Below, piece after piece: positions 21,101 to 31,621 of a DNA stretch of 64,000 nt. The notes under the pieces are model-generated. The model saw only the letters and a list, made by a program, of their open reading frames with translations. It had not been told where the DNA came from and searched no databases. The stretch spans positions 512,001-576,000 of the forward strand of contig CAWCKY010000004.1 in NCBI GenBank assembly GCA_963796275.1. The letters run 5' to 3'. The translations under genes and the position numbers were made by a program. This stretch comes from an uncultured Acidobacteriota bacterium. Lineage in GTDB: Bacteria; Acidobacteriota; Blastocatellia; RBC074. How positions within the stretch are numbered: the stretch's first letter is position 1; the number at the start of each line of letters is the position of its first letter.

Positions 21101-22265
21101 GGAGTTCCACCTTCAGGCGGTCAAGAAATCATGCGAAGAGAAGAAGACCGCGTAAACGCGGAACTCCAAGCGATAGTTCGGAGTTCCGCCTTCAGGCGGT
21201 CGAGAAATCATGCTCAGAGAAAAGACCGCGTAAACGCGGAACTCCAAGCGATAGTTCGGAGTTCCGCCTTCAGGCGGTCAAGAAATCATGCTCAGAGAAA
21301 AGACCGCGTAAAACGTGGAACTCCAAGCGATAGTTCGGAGTTCCGCCTTCAGGCGGTCGAGAAATCATGCTCAGAGAAAAGACCGCGTAAACGCGGAACT
21401 CCAAGCGATAGTTCGGAGTTCCGCCTTCAGGCGGTCAAGAAATATGCTCAGAGAAAAGACCGCGTAAACGCGGAACTCCAAGCGATAGTTCGGAGTTCCG
21501 CCTTCAGGCGGTCAGGAAATAATGCTCAGAGAAAAGACCGCGTAAACGCGGAACTCCAAGCGATAGTTCGGTGTTCCGCCTTCAGGCGGTCAGGAAATAG
21601 TGCTCAGAGAAAAGACCGCGTAAACGCGGAACTCCAAGCGATAGTTCGGAGTTCCGCCTTCAGGCGGTCAGGAAATCATGCTCAGAGAAAAGACCGCGTA
21701 AACGCGGAACTCCAAGCGATAGTTCGGAGTTCCGCCTTCAGGCGGTCGAGAAATCATGCTCAGAGAAAAGACCGCGTAAACGCGGAACTCCAAGCGATAG
21801 TTCGGAGTTCCGCCTTCAGGCGGTCAGGAAATCATGCTCAGAGAAAAGACCGCGTAAACGCGGAACTCCAAGCGATAGTTCGGTGTTCCGCCTTCAGGCG
21901 GTCAGGAAATCATGCTCAGAGAAAAGACCGCGTAAACGCGGAACTCCAAGCGATAGTTCGGAGTTCCGCCTTCAGGCGGTCAGGAAATCATGCTCAGAGA
22001 AAAGACCGCGTAAACGCGGAACTCCAAGCGATAGTTCGGAGTTCCGCCTTCAGGCGGTCAGGAAATCATGCGAAGAGAAGAAGACCGCGTAAAACGTGGA
22101 ACTCCAAGCGATAGTTCGGTGTTCCGCCTTCAGGCGGTCGAGAAATAGTGCTCAGAGAAAAGACCGCGTAAAACGTGAAACTCCAAGCGATAGTTCGGAG
22201 TTCCGCCTTCAGGCGGTCAGGAAATAATGCTCAGAGAAAAGACCGCGTAAAACGTGGAAACTCCC
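21101..22265. repeat. Tandem array of 15 x 78-bp units with alternating inverted REP-like palindromes (BIME-like)
   Basis: Unit = GACCGCGTAAACGCGGAACTCC + AAGCGATAGTTC + GGAGTTCCGCCTTCAGGCGGTC + AGGAAATCATGCTCAGAGAAAA; 15 gaccgcgtaaa copies counted. Confidence 0.95.
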
Positions 22266-22301
22266 AACGCGAATTATCATGTTTGAGTTCCGTCAACGGA
22301 T

Positions 22302-23825
22302 TTACCGGTGTTTTTCCAGATAAAGAAGCGCGTTCGTCTGTACCTGAGGACAAGCGACCGTTCGAAGCGAGGTCTCGTGATCCCTCAGAACACGATTTGC
22401 TTTGCTGCGCGACCAATTCCACTGTCGCCATCCGGCATCCGGTTCGTCCGTCAACCTCTGCAATAACCGGTTGGCCAGTCCGCACCTTTGCTGATAATTC
22501 AGGTCTGGCAATGAAGCGATGATCTCCGGCACCGCGTCGGCGCTCAATGACGATATGTAATATGCATCAAATTGACGGCCGTCGGTCGCATGTCGCACAT
22601 TCTTCGAGACTATCAATCTGTCGGGATTGATGACCATTAATCCGAAAATCATCAAAAACCCCGTTATAACAGCTCCGAACGCGAAGCGATCGCGCTTCCC
22701 GCGCAGAACCGTCAGTACGAACCATCCGAAGACCATGGCTAACCAGCCCATAAAGGCTGTAGTGTATACCCTCAACTCCGTCAAACCGTACTCATGCTGA
22801 TATAACATCATCCGACGTAATGCCGAACCCATAATGACCGAAAGGAGTAATGTCATGGTTCCCGCGAGCACACGGAAGATAAGTTCGTTGCGCGGCTTCT
22901 CCAGGCGCAAGAGCCAGTGAGCGATGAGCAATAATGGCAGGACCAGCGCCGCGACGGTCACCAATTCGAAAAAACCGCCGCGCGCGTATTCGGCATAGGT
23001 TAACCCGGCGACCGCCTGCACGCGAGCGGCTCCGCCAAAAAAGTATCTGAATTGAACGATGACGAAGCCCAAAAACAAAGCGTCGAGCAAGCTGAGCGCT
23101 ATACTTATTTCGGTGATACCGAGATACAAACCTTGAGGCCGCCCGCCCGCCATAACAGTTATCTCTTTACCGAGCAGAATCCCGCGCAACAATCCGCATA
23201 CCATCCATGTGATACAGAGTGTTACAAGAGAGTGGAGGACGAGGCTCGATAAGTTCCAATTGAACGCGCGGGAGAGAAACTCTGAAAAGACGGCATCCGC
23301 AGTAGCCAACAGCCCGCCGAAGAGCAAAAGAAGCGGCAGAGCGATCGATAATCCCCGCAGGACGGCGAGCGAGTGTCTGACCCATCCGTCGTGCGGGATA
23401 TCCTTCCATTGAATATCTTCGACGATGAGTCTTACTGCCCCGGTGAACGCATTGAAGGCCGCTATAAAAACGCTCAAGATATATTCCATGACTCCCGTCC
23501 GCATCAGTCGGCCGGCTTGAGCGCGCAGAAGAGCCAAAGCGAGCGAGAAGCCGAGAGCGAGCAGACTCAAAGACTTCAATACGGGAGAATCGCGCCAGGC
23601 AACTGACGCGGCGAAAAGCAGTACGGGGATTGCCAGCCAGCGCCCATTGCCGTTCAAAGCGACCCGTCGCCATCGCACCATAAAGATCACAGAGGCAACC
23701 AGGGCCGCGGTCCAGACAAAAACGTTCAATCCCAGCGGCCTCACGCGCAGCATCATATCCCCCAGGACGCCAAGCGCGAATGCAACAACTAACACCCAGA
23801 TACCCAGTTTTGTCCTATCTGTCAT
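22302..23825 (-). CDS. DUF4153/DUF4173 multi-pass membrane protein
   Basis: Many TM helices; TYAEYARGGFFEL, RMMLYQHEYGLTELRVY and LSADAVP motifs. Confidence 0.8.
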   Translation of the reverse strand: MTDRTKLGIWVLVVAFALGVLGDMMLRVRPLGLNVFVWTAALVASVIFMVRWRRVALNGNGRWLAIPVLLFAASVAWRDSPVLKSLSLLALGFSLALALLRAQAGRLMRTGVMEYILSVFIAAFNAFTGAVRLIVEDIQWKDIPHDGWVRHSLAVLRGLSIALPLLLLFGGLLATADAVFSEFLSRAFNWNLSSLVLHSLVTLCITWMVCGLLRGILLGKEITVMAGGRPQGLYLGITEISIALSLLDALFLGFVIVQFRYFFGGAARVQAVAGLTYAEYARGGFFELVTVAALVLPLLLIAHWLLRLEKPRNELIFRVLAGTMTLLLSVIMGSALRRMMLYQHEYGLTELRVYTTAFMGWLAMVFGWFVLTVLRGKRDRFAFGAVITGFLMIFGLMVINPDRLIVSKNVRHATDGRQFDAYYISSLSADAVPEIIASLPDLNYQQRCGLANRLLQRLTDEPDAGWRQWNWSRSKANRVLRDHETSLRTVACPQVQTNALLYLEKHR

Positions 23826-23919
23826 GATCCCTCCTTAATCGGATGGTTGGTAAGCGTGAAGCCGCTGAGCGTTGGATTGAGACGGCCCGAGATATTGCTG
23901 GAGAATTCGATCGAGACAG

Positions 23920-24009
23920 CGAATCAGTGACGCGAGTGTTAGCGAGGGCGACTCTAGTTAAGGATTTGCTACGGTAGACGCGCTCACTATCGCTCGCGGT
24001 ACTGATTCG
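23920..24009. repeat. Degenerate REP-like doublet
   Basis: cgaatcagtgacgcgagtgttagcgag ... ctcactatcgctcgcggtactgattcg inverted arms. Confidence 0.65.
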
Positions 24010-24062
24010 TCAGGGACATCTCGGACCGCTGCAACGCTAAAGCGTTCCTCGGGACCCTCAAA

Positions 24063-24833
24063 CTAGCGCCTCCCCCGCGCGCTCAGGGGTTCCGCGGTGA
24101 CTCGCTCATGATCGAGCGAGAGACGGCCGAACCGTCGCTCGCGCCCGCGGAATTCATTAACTGCGGCTTCCAGATCTTTGCTGCCGAAGTCCGGCCATCT
24201 GCGCTGGATAAAAAAGAGTTCGGCATAGGCGCACTCCCAGAGTAGAAAGTCGCTCAGGCGCTGCTCCCCGCCCGTCCGAATCAGCAGATCGACATCGGGC
24301 GCCCGCACCCCGGAATGGTCGGCTTCGCCCAGCAGCAGTGCGAATTCATCGCGCGAGATCGGCTCACCATTTCCCCAATGGCTTGCCGCGCGGCAGATCG
24401 CGTCGCGCGCTGAATAATCGACCGCAGCCCGGACGGTGAGCGAGTTTCCGCGCCGGGTCGCCCCCTCCGCCGCCTCGATCGCCGTCAACAGTTCCGGCGA
24501 AAGCCGGTCGCGACGGCCGATGACGCTGATGCGTATGCCATTCTTGACGCAGGTCGCCGTCTCCGTGAGCAGGTACAGACGAAAAAGTTTCATCAATGCC
24601 CCGACCTCGCGCGGCGGCCTCCGCCAGTTGTCCGACGAAAAGGCGTAAAGAGTCAAAGTCGAGATTCCCAGCTCCTGCGCCGCCTCGATGACGCGCCGCA
24701 CCGCCTCTGCCCCGGCCCGGTGCCCAGCCGTCCGCGGCCTGCCCCGCTCCATCGCCCACCTCCCGTTGCCGTCCATGATGATCGCGACGTGCAAGCCGCA
24801 AAGTGGTACATTCAATAAATTACTTTGTGTCAT
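24063..24833 (-). CDS. uppS: cis-prenyltransferase (polyprenyl diphosphate synthase)
   Basis: [42 protein letters not shown] and RRFG motifs. Confidence 0.92.
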   Translation of the reverse strand: MTQSNLLNVPLCGLHVAIIMDGNGRWAMERGRPRTAGHRAGAEAVRRVIEAAQELGISTLTLYAFSSDNWRRPPREVGALMKLFRLYLLTETATCVKNGIRISVIGRRDRLSPELLTAIEAAEGATRRGNSLTVRAAVDYSARDAICRAASHWGNGEPISRDEFALLLGEADHSGVRAPDVDLLIRTGGEQRLSDFLLWECAYAELFFIQRRWPDFGSKDLEAAVNEFRGRERRFGRLSLDHERVTAEPLSARGRR

Positions 24834-24838
24834 AAAGT
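24822..24838. promoter_or_regulatory. Operator-like palindrome overlapping the uppS start codon
   Basis: ACTTTG-TGTCA-TAAAGT; related site at 28312. Confidence 0.5.
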
Positions 24839-24971
24839 GCATCTCCAAAAAACCGCCTCTGCTGATTCGAAAATATAAAAAATGAGGAGGATTCACCGCG
24901 AGCGTACTGAGATGACCGGGACGCCAGCTGCTTTTCGAGATTTTTGTTCCCCTCGCGGTTTTTGTAGCGAA

Positions 24972-26219
24972 TTATTCATATCTCAAACACTCGATCGGAT
25001 CGAGGCCGGCCGCTTTCTTCGCCGGCCAGACTCCGAAGATCAAGCCGATAGCTATCGATACCGACAACCCGCTGAAGATCGCCCAGAGCGGGATCTTGGC
25101 GGGCAGTTCCGGAAGAAAGAACACGATGACGTAGCTGATGACGATCGCGAGGATGACGCCCAGGAGACCACCCAGGAAGGTGAGAGTCATCGCTTCGAAG
25201 AGAAACTGCTGAACGATGTCGCGCCGCCGCGCTCCGATCGCCTTGCGGATGCCGATCTCGCGCGTGCGCTCGGTGACGCTCACGAGCATGATGTTCATTA
25301 CGCCGATTCCGCCCACCAGCAGCCCGACCCCGGAAATGGCGATCGCGAAAAGACCCACATACATCGTGATGCTGTCGAACTGTTCGATGATCTTATTCGC
25401 CGTGCTCAGATCGAAATTGTTCGGCTCGCTATATTTCACCCCTCTCTGGCGGCGCAGCGTCTCTTCGACCTGGTCGAGGCCCAGCGCCAGCATGCCCGAT
25501 TTGGCGCGGATGTGAAGCATTATATCCTCACTGTCCGGCGATAGTTTGCGCCCCGTCGCGAATGGGATGAAGATCGCATTGTCTTCTTCGCTCTCTCCGA
25601 AGAAGGTGCTTCGGCGCTTTTCGAGGACGCCGATGATCTCAAACGGGCGGCCGAGAAGCTCGACCTGGCGGCCGGTGGCTCTGGCCTGATTGGGGAAGAG
25701 CGATTCAACGACGTTGACCCCGATGACCATCACATCGCGCTTGTGCTCGTTGTCGGCCTCGTTGATGAACCTGCCCTCCTGCAGGGAGACGTTCGTGACA
25801 TCGGCATAACTCGCAGAAACTCCCTGCAGAAAGCCCTGCTTATATGCGTGTCCCTGGTATTTGATCGTCCGATCGAGCCGCCAGAGGAAGACGACATTGG
25901 CGACCTGGTCTATCGCACTCGCCTGGACGAGAATCGCCTCCCCATCTTCCGCCTTCAACGGTTTGCGCATGTATTCGCGCCGGTCGCGGTTACCCAGCCT
26001 GGGACCTGTGGAAAGGTGAAAGGCATAGATGTTGTTCGTCCCGTACTCCTCGACCATACTGACGATGCGGCCGCGCAATCCGGTCAGGATCGATGCAATC
26101 GCGATGACCGTCGTGACGCCGACGACGATCCCCAGCACCGTGAGAAAGCTGCGAAACTTGTGTGCCCGGATCGTGCCGAGCGCCATCATGATTGTTTCGG
26201 TCGGAAGTTTTGTTTTCAT
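24972..26219 (-). CDS. ABC transporter permease, MacB/FtsX family
   Basis: [13 protein letters not shown]; [29 protein letters not shown]; [10 protein letters not shown]. Confidence 0.93.
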   Translation of the reverse strand: MKTKLPTETIMMALGTIRAHKFRSFLTVLGIVVGVTTVIAIASILTGLRGRIVSMVEEYGTNNIYAFHLSTGPRLGNRDRREYMRKPLKAEDGEAILVQASAIDQVANVVFLWRLDRTIKYQGHAYKQGFLQGVSASYADVTNVSLQEGRFINEADNEHKRDVMVIGVNVVESLFPNQARATGRQVELLGRPFEIIGVLEKRRSTFFGESEEDNAIFIPFATGRKLSPDSEDIMLHIRAKSGMLALGLDQVEETLRRQRGVKYSEPNNFDLSTANKIIEQFDSITMYVGLFAIAISGVGLLVGGIGVMNIMLVSVTERTREIGIRKAIGARRRDIVQQFLFEAMTLTFLGGLLGVILAIVISYVIVFFLPELPAKIPLWAIFSGLSVSIAIGLIFGVWPAKKAAGLDPIECLRYE

Positions 26220-27464
26220 CTCTCTGTGCTCAATGCGACAATCGGGTCGAGCCGCGAAGCCTTATATGCCGGATAGATGCCCGCGATCATCCCGATCCCT
26301 CCCGAAACGATCAACGAGAGCAATACATAGAATATCGTGATGGTCATCGGGATCGGCGTCGCGATCCGGACGCCCCACGAAATGGCGGCCGCCAGCAGCA
26401 GCCCCAGCATGCCGCCGACCGCCGAAAGCAACGACGACTCGATAAGGAACTGCATGAGTATCTGGCTTCTCCTGGCCCCCACCGCTTTGCGGAGTCCCAC
26501 CTCGAATGTTCGCTCGGTGACCGAGACGAGCATGATATTCATGACGACGATGCCGCCGACGATGAGCGAGAGCAGGGTGATGGGCGTCACCACCATGGCG
26601 ATGGCGCCGGTGAACTGATCTACCTGATTATTGACGCCGCGGGTATTGACCAGACCGAAAGTGTCATCTTCATTGCCGATCAATTTATGGCGGTTGCGCA
26701 TGATCTGCCGTGCTTCATCGATTGCCTTATCGAGCGCCTCGGGGTTGTTAGCCTTCCCATGAAGTTGCAGGCTCTGCCGGCGTCCGAAAAGCCGTCCGTG
26801 AGTCGTGATCGGGATGTAAGCATGGTTGTCGAGATCATTCCCCATGAAGGTCCCGCGTTTCTCCTCCACCCCGATGACGGTCAACGGCATCTCTTGTATT
26901 TTGATGGTCTTCCCCACGGGATCTAGGCCGTCGAAGAGCTTCTCTTTAAGACCAGCGCCGATGACACAGACCAGAGCAGCGTGTTCGACTTCAAAGGAGG
27001 CGATGAAACGACCCTCGGAGATGGTCTTATCCTCGATATCGTCCATGTTCTCCGTCACACCCTGGATACCCGTACCGAAGGTTTCATTACCGTTACGCTC
27101 CAGGTTGACATTGGCCCAGGTCTGCGCACCCACCTCCTCACAGGTATCTGCAGCGGTCACGCAGCCATTCGTAATCTTCCAGGTAGAGCCGCTTGTTACG
27201 CCGCTGCATGCGCTCCCACTGCTCCTCCGTCACACGACCTTCTGAGGCGTACCGCGCGATCATGAAGTGATTGACTCCGAGTATCTTGGTAATGGACGAC
27301 ACTATGTAACTGTTGAACCCGTTGATCGATGCGCCGACGATCACTACGGATGCGACTCCGATGATGATCCCGATCAGTGTCAGAAAAGCGCGCAGCTTGT
27401 GCGCTATGATCGATTGCAAAGCGATTTTGGCCGCGTCAGCATAAAAAGAATAGAGGGATTTCAT
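26216..27464 (-). CDS. ABC transporter permease, MacB/FtsX family, split by a 1-nt frameshift near 27146
   Basis: ORFs 27138..27464 ([13 protein letters not shown]) and 26216..27160 ([17 protein letters not shown]) join into one permease if one base is removed. Confidence 0.85.
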
Positions 27465-27705
27465 AGTATCGGCTTCAGCTATAACGCTTGAGATCGGAAA
27501 TCATTAACAAACTGAATGCTTATTTTTGTTTATCTAATGTCCTTATAACGTCATGACTCCATCATGACTTCATCTGCTTAACGAAAATTATACCGCCCAG
27601 GTTGCAACATTGTAGCCACCCACACGGTGCAACGGGGCAGCGAGGCAGCGAGGCAAACGGGCCAAACCGGCCAGAAGTAAAGGATTGAGAACAGGTTGCG
27701 CACCT

Positions 27706-28194
27706 TCATCTAGCTTCTCCGATTACCATGACCGAGACGAAGCGTTTGCGCGCATCATCGAGTTCGACGAAGAAGATGCTCTGCCACCGGCCGAGTTGTA
27801 ACTCGCTGTCAACTATATTGATGGAGACCGAGGCGGGCAGTAAGAGAGCTTTGCAATGAGAATGGCCATTGGCCGGCTCGTCCGGCGGGACATCCAGCCG
27901 CCTGCTCAGATCGTTGTGTTGATAGTCCGCCTTGCGCGAGGCAAACCGCTCGAGCAGGAGCCGCATGTCCTCGAGCAATAGCGGTTCGTTCTCATTGACG
28001 ATGAGAGCCGTCGTCGTGTGCCGCGTCTGCACGTTGACCATTCCCAGACTGATCCCGGAACGCGCGACGATCCCGGCTATCTCTTCGGTGAGATCGATGA
28101 ACTGCAGACACTCCGAACTCTGCAGCGCGATCTGGCTGTGATGCGTCCTGAGGGACGCACCGGCCGTCTCTTCGATAACCCCTGTCCTGTACAT
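27706..28194 (-). CDS. yjbQ: YjbQ (UPF0047) family protein
   Basis: [20 protein letters not shown] and [13 protein letters not shown] motifs; AAGGAGG SD before the ATG at 28194. Confidence 0.88.
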   Translation of the reverse strand: MYRTGVIEETAGASLRTHHSQIALQSSECLQFIDLTEEIAGIVARSGISLGMVNVQTRHTTTALIVNENEPLLLEDMRLLLERFASRKADYQHNDLSRRLDVPPDEPANGHSHCKALLLPASVSINIVDSELQLGRWQSIFFVELDDARKRFVSVMVIGEAR

Positions 28195-28311
28195 ACCCCT
28201 CCTTGGAAAATACGTATATTTACCGTTTTTCAACCATTTAAATCACCCTACCCCCCATAATCCACCGCTAGATCCGGTAAATCATATCGCAAGTTGCAAT
28301 AACTATAAAGT

Positions 28312-28328
28312 ACTTTGCGCGACAAAGC
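28312..28328. promoter_or_regulatory. Operator-like palindrome upstream of yjbQ
   Basis: ACTTTG-CGCGA-CAAAGC. Confidence 0.5.
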
Positions 28329-28361
28329 CACGCCTTAAAAACAAAAGCCGCGCAGAGCCGT

Positions 28362-28760
28362 TCAGCGTTCACGGGCGGCGCGGACCAGGGCTTCCATATG
28401 ATCGAGATACCTTTCGAGCGCTCGTCTGCCCGAGGCCGTGAGGCGATATTCGGTTTTGGGGATACGCCCCTCGAAAGATTTGAGGCAGGCGATGTAGTCG
28501 GCCTCTTCAAGTTTACGTGTATGGACGCTGATATTGCCGTCGGTCGTCTTGAGCAGTTCTTTGAGCTCGGTGAAAGTGAGAGATTCATTGGCTGCGAGCG
28601 CGCTGACGATCCCGAGTCGCATCCGTTCGTGGATGAGATTATCGAGTTCCGGCGCCTTCTCGGCTGCGCGCATTGCCTCAAGCGCGCGCGCGGCTCCGCG
28701 CGGCTTGGCAGCTTGCGTCTTATCCTGTTGCGCGGTTGTACGAGCTGTCTGTCTAGCCAC
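28362..28760 (-). CDS. Winged-helix (MarR/ArsR-like) transcriptional regulator
   Basis: [17 protein letters not shown]...[24 protein letters not shown]. Confidence 0.88.
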   Translation of the reverse strand: MARQTARTTAQQDKTQAAKPRGAARALEAMRAAEKAPELDNLIHERMRLGIVSALAANESLTFTELKELLKTTDGNISVHTRKLEEADYIACLKSFEGRIPKTEYRLTASGRRALERYLDHMEALVRAARER

Positions 28761-29376
28761 CGTGTCTCCTTGCGATGATAGTTCCGAAGGTGATGTGAAG
28801 CCCTCCGAATCCCAGAGCCATGAGAAAGTTCCCCCAACCGATGGGGGCGAAGAGCGCCACGCTCCCGAGGGCCATAAAGCAGAGTCCCATAACCGGCACG
28901 ACCTTGACCGAAAATGCCCCGCCCGTCATGACTCCTGCACCGTAGAGGAGCATCCACAACCCGGGGAGGATGTCGTAGGCTTCAACGTGCGCGAGCGCGA
29001 TCGAGATGAGAGCTCCAGCCAACAGCGGTGGTGCCAAACTGAGCGTGAATTTGCGACCCGGTCCCGATAGCAGTTTGAGTTGCGCCGCATGCGCCTTGCG
29101 CTTCATCGTCAAACCGCCGATGAACAGCGCGAGGGGCAATTCGCAGGCCCAGACGAACATCCACCTGTGTTCATCGCGAATCCGTGCGGCGATCAGGGCA
29201 GCCACCATTGCCGTCAACCCAACCAATACCCCGCCCCACCCCGGCACGGCCGTGAACGAGGAAGCGCGTTCCATCGTCTCGCGGATATAGCGCAGGTTGT
29301 CCATCGCACGATGATGCAATGCGGGCGGCGAGCTATCTTCATCAATTTCCGAGCGAAGCGGGCGAACTGAACTCAT
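28753..29376 (-). CDS. Membrane protein coupled to the wHTH regulator
   Basis: [14 protein letters not shown] followed by about six TM helices; overlaps the regulator start. Confidence 0.8.
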   Translation of the reverse strand: MSSVRPLRSEIDEDSSPPALHHRAMDNLRYIRETMERASSFTAVPGWGGVLVGLTAMVAALIAARIRDEHRWMFVWACELPLALFIGGLTMKRKAHAAQLKLLSGPGRKFTLSLAPPLLAGALISIALAHVEAYDILPGLWMLLYGAGVMTGGAFSVKVVPVMGLCFMALGSVALFAPIGWGNFLMALGFGGLHITFGTIIARRHGG

Positions 29377-29558
29377 AGATAAATTATAATACACACTGGC
29401 TTAGCGTCAGACAAGTTCTTTTCGGGATAAAGCCTGAACAGAGGGGGGAAGGCAGTTTTGAGTTTTCAGTTTTCAGTTCGCTGGCCACAGTCTGAGTTAC
29501 ATCAATTATGAGATGTGAACTTTGGACAGCGAACTCAAAACTAAAAACTGGAAACTGA

Positions 29559-30317
29559 TTAGAATTTTCGGCCGCGATTATGGCCGATCTTGAGACGGTA
29601 ATCATCGCCCTTGATCTCGACGACTTTACACATCTCGTGCAGGCGTGAGCGGAGCCGCACACCTACACGGTCCGTCAGCGTCTCGTCGCTCGAATTTTGG
29701 AGATCATCCAGATAGTTAGTCGTGAAGATCGTGACTTTCCTGTCATTGTAGCGGGTATTGATGATCTGAGTCATAGTATCGCGCACCCAATCGGTCGGCT
29801 TCGACGCGCCGAGCTCATCGAGTACCAGGATTTCAGACTGATAAACGGGCTCGAGGACTCGCAATTCGGTCGTATTCGACACCGGATTGTAGCTGTTCTG
29901 GATCTCTTTGAGCAGATCTCGAAAATCGTAAAAGAGACAGGAGATGCCTTTATTGATGAGCGCTTTGATCGTCGCCACGGCGAGATGCGTCTTGCCCACT
30001 CCGCACGGGCCTATGAAGAGGAGACCGATGTCGAGCACCGGATACTCGCGCGCGAGTTTCTGTGCATCATTCAATGCGTGCGATTGAGAGCGGAAGATTT
30101 CGTCAGCGGTGAAGTTGTTGCCTTGTGGATGATAGTTCTCGAATGAACAATTCTCGTAGCGCCTGGGTATTGTGGCTGCAGCAGCCAATTGCTCGCGTCG
30201 TTCGCTAAACCGGCAACGACATTGGCGGGCTCCCTTACCCTCTACGTATTCCCATCCTGTGCCACAACAGTACTCGCAAACTGAGTGTCGTTGGGGTTTA
30301 CTCGGTTCAAAAGCCAT
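29559..30317 (-). CDS. DnaC/IstB-like AAA+ ATPase
   Basis: N-terminal CxxC...CxC, Walker A GPCGVGKT, Walker B LVLDELG, TTN, RLRSRL; no istA nearby. Confidence 0.88.
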   Translation of the reverse strand: MAFEPSKPQRHSVCEYCCGTGWEYVEGKGARQCRCRFSERREQLAAAATIPRRYENCSFENYHPQGNNFTADEIFRSQSHALNDAQKLAREYPVLDIGLLFIGPCGVGKTHLAVATIKALINKGISCLFYDFRDLLKEIQNSYNPVSNTTELRVLEPVYQSEILVLDELGASKPTDWVRDTMTQIINTRYNDRKVTIFTTNYLDDLQNSSDETLTDRVGVRLRSRLHEMCKVVEIKGDDYRLKIGHNRGRKF

Positions 30318-30585
30318 CTGTTATTGAATAGTTTATTTATTATCAATGACCGGGGCTACTAAATCTGCGCCTCTTGTCATCTCATCACATTTTCACCAGC
30401 GCTCTGCCGCCAATTTGTGAATTTGAGCATTGAGCTGAAAGAATGCGCATTATAGGTGAGCGGTAGGGTCATTTCAATTGAAACCCGTATATCGCGCCCG
30501 TTAAATTTGCTAATTGAATTTTAGCCGGTGTAAAATCACATCTCGGCGTTGCCTGAGCCGGAATTTGTCATCTGTAACATCCATT

Positions 30586-30966
30586 ATGTCGAAAAAAATG
30601 CCATCCCTCGCGCGCGCGAGTTTATTGCTGTCGATCGCTCTCTCCGCTGCCGCTCTGAGTCAAACGGGACAAACGAGGCAGACGGGGCAAGATGGTAAAA
30701 CAACCCAAGAGAGTCAGACGAGCCAATCGGGAAAAAAGACTGAAAAGGGGCAAGATGAGCGGCAGCAGACCAGAGTCGTCACTCAAAATTCCAAGGCGGT
30801 CAATGAGTCATGCGATGGGGCGTTAAATATTGTGCCGACCAAATCCATGACCTTCACGCGCAAGCGACGACCATCACAGAGCGAGGAGAAACAGAAACCG
30901 GCGACCGAAAAGAATCGAGAGTCTAACCAGGCAGAACGCCAGCCGGGCGATGGGCAAAAAAGATGA
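30586..30966 (+). CDS. Secreted low-complexity hypothetical protein
   Basis: Signal peptide then Q/T/G/K-rich tract (QTGQTRQTGQ). Confidence 0.55.
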   Translation: MSKKMPSLARASLLLSIALSAAALSQTGQTRQTGQDGKTTQESQTSQSGKKTEKGQDERQQTRVVTQNSKAVNESCDGALNIVPTKSMTFTRKRRPSQSEEKQKPATEKNRESNQAERQPGDGQKR

Positions 30967-31008
30967 TGCCGATATTTTTGTTCTTTATTTACTGATCCGG
31001 ATAATGCT

Positions 31009-31440
31009 ATGTCGAGTGTGAGGAAACAGCGACGATATCGCGCCCTCAGCGCACTGCTGGCGATCTTGCTCGGCTGGGCAGCTACTCACTCATCACTAGC
31101 ATTTGGTTGGTCGGGCGACTGCCGGATGGCCTGTTGCCTGGTGCACGGCCGCGGCGGGACCGACGGGGCAGATGGTGAAGTCTGCTGTACCCTCAATCAC
31201 GGCCACGATAAGAATCAATCCACATCTCTTCAAGCGGCGGTCGGAGCACGATGTCCGGCAGATTGCGTCGCTCCTGCCTCTTCAGCCCGTTTATTTCCAA
31301 GTGGGATCAACCGCGAAATTACTCGGCTCATCGGTCTTTCAACCTCAGCGCTCTCGCTGCCTCAAGAACTTGAGCTGACTCATGATCCGCTCAGTTCTGC
31401 CCCCACACCAACGCGCGCTCCTCCTTCTCTCTTCTGCTAA
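31009..31440 (+). CDS. Cys/His-rich leader protein ending in RAPP (DUF2946/CruR-like architecture)
   Basis: N-terminal basic plus hydrophobic export signal; CRMACC, CCTLNHGH, CPADC; C-terminal PTPTRAPPSLFC*; directly upstream of a TBDR. Confidence 0.75.
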   Translation: MSSVRKQRRYRALSALLAILLGWAATHSSLAFGWSGDCRMACCLVHGRGGTDGADGEVCCTLNHGHDKNQSTSLQAAVGARCPADCVAPASSARLFPSGINREITRLIGLSTSALSLPQELELTHDPLSSAPTPTRAPPSLFC

Positions 31441-31621
31441 GAGCAAACTGATCGATAGAACCACGATGAGACGAAGAGCACGAAGGAGAGGTCTGCCTGC
31501 CGGCCATTCTCATTTTCTTCGTCGCCTCGAGGTGTCTATCTGCAAATGACGACCTGAAAAAATGTAAATTTAGAACAGGTTCGAAAATCTGCACTAGATT
31601 TGCAGAGGAGCGATACTACAA

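Noticed and set aside
21026-22114. 362-aa repeat protein ORF
   Set aside because: By-product of a 78-bp unit lacking stops in two frames; the ORF drifts between frames at indels, and conservation follows hairpin pairing rather than codons
21101-22265. CRISPR array
   Set aside because: The sequences between repeats are invariant rather than unique spacers, and there are no cas genes in the window
29559-30317. IS21 element or prophage replication module
   Set aside because: No istA, terminal repeats, initiator or other phage genes nearby
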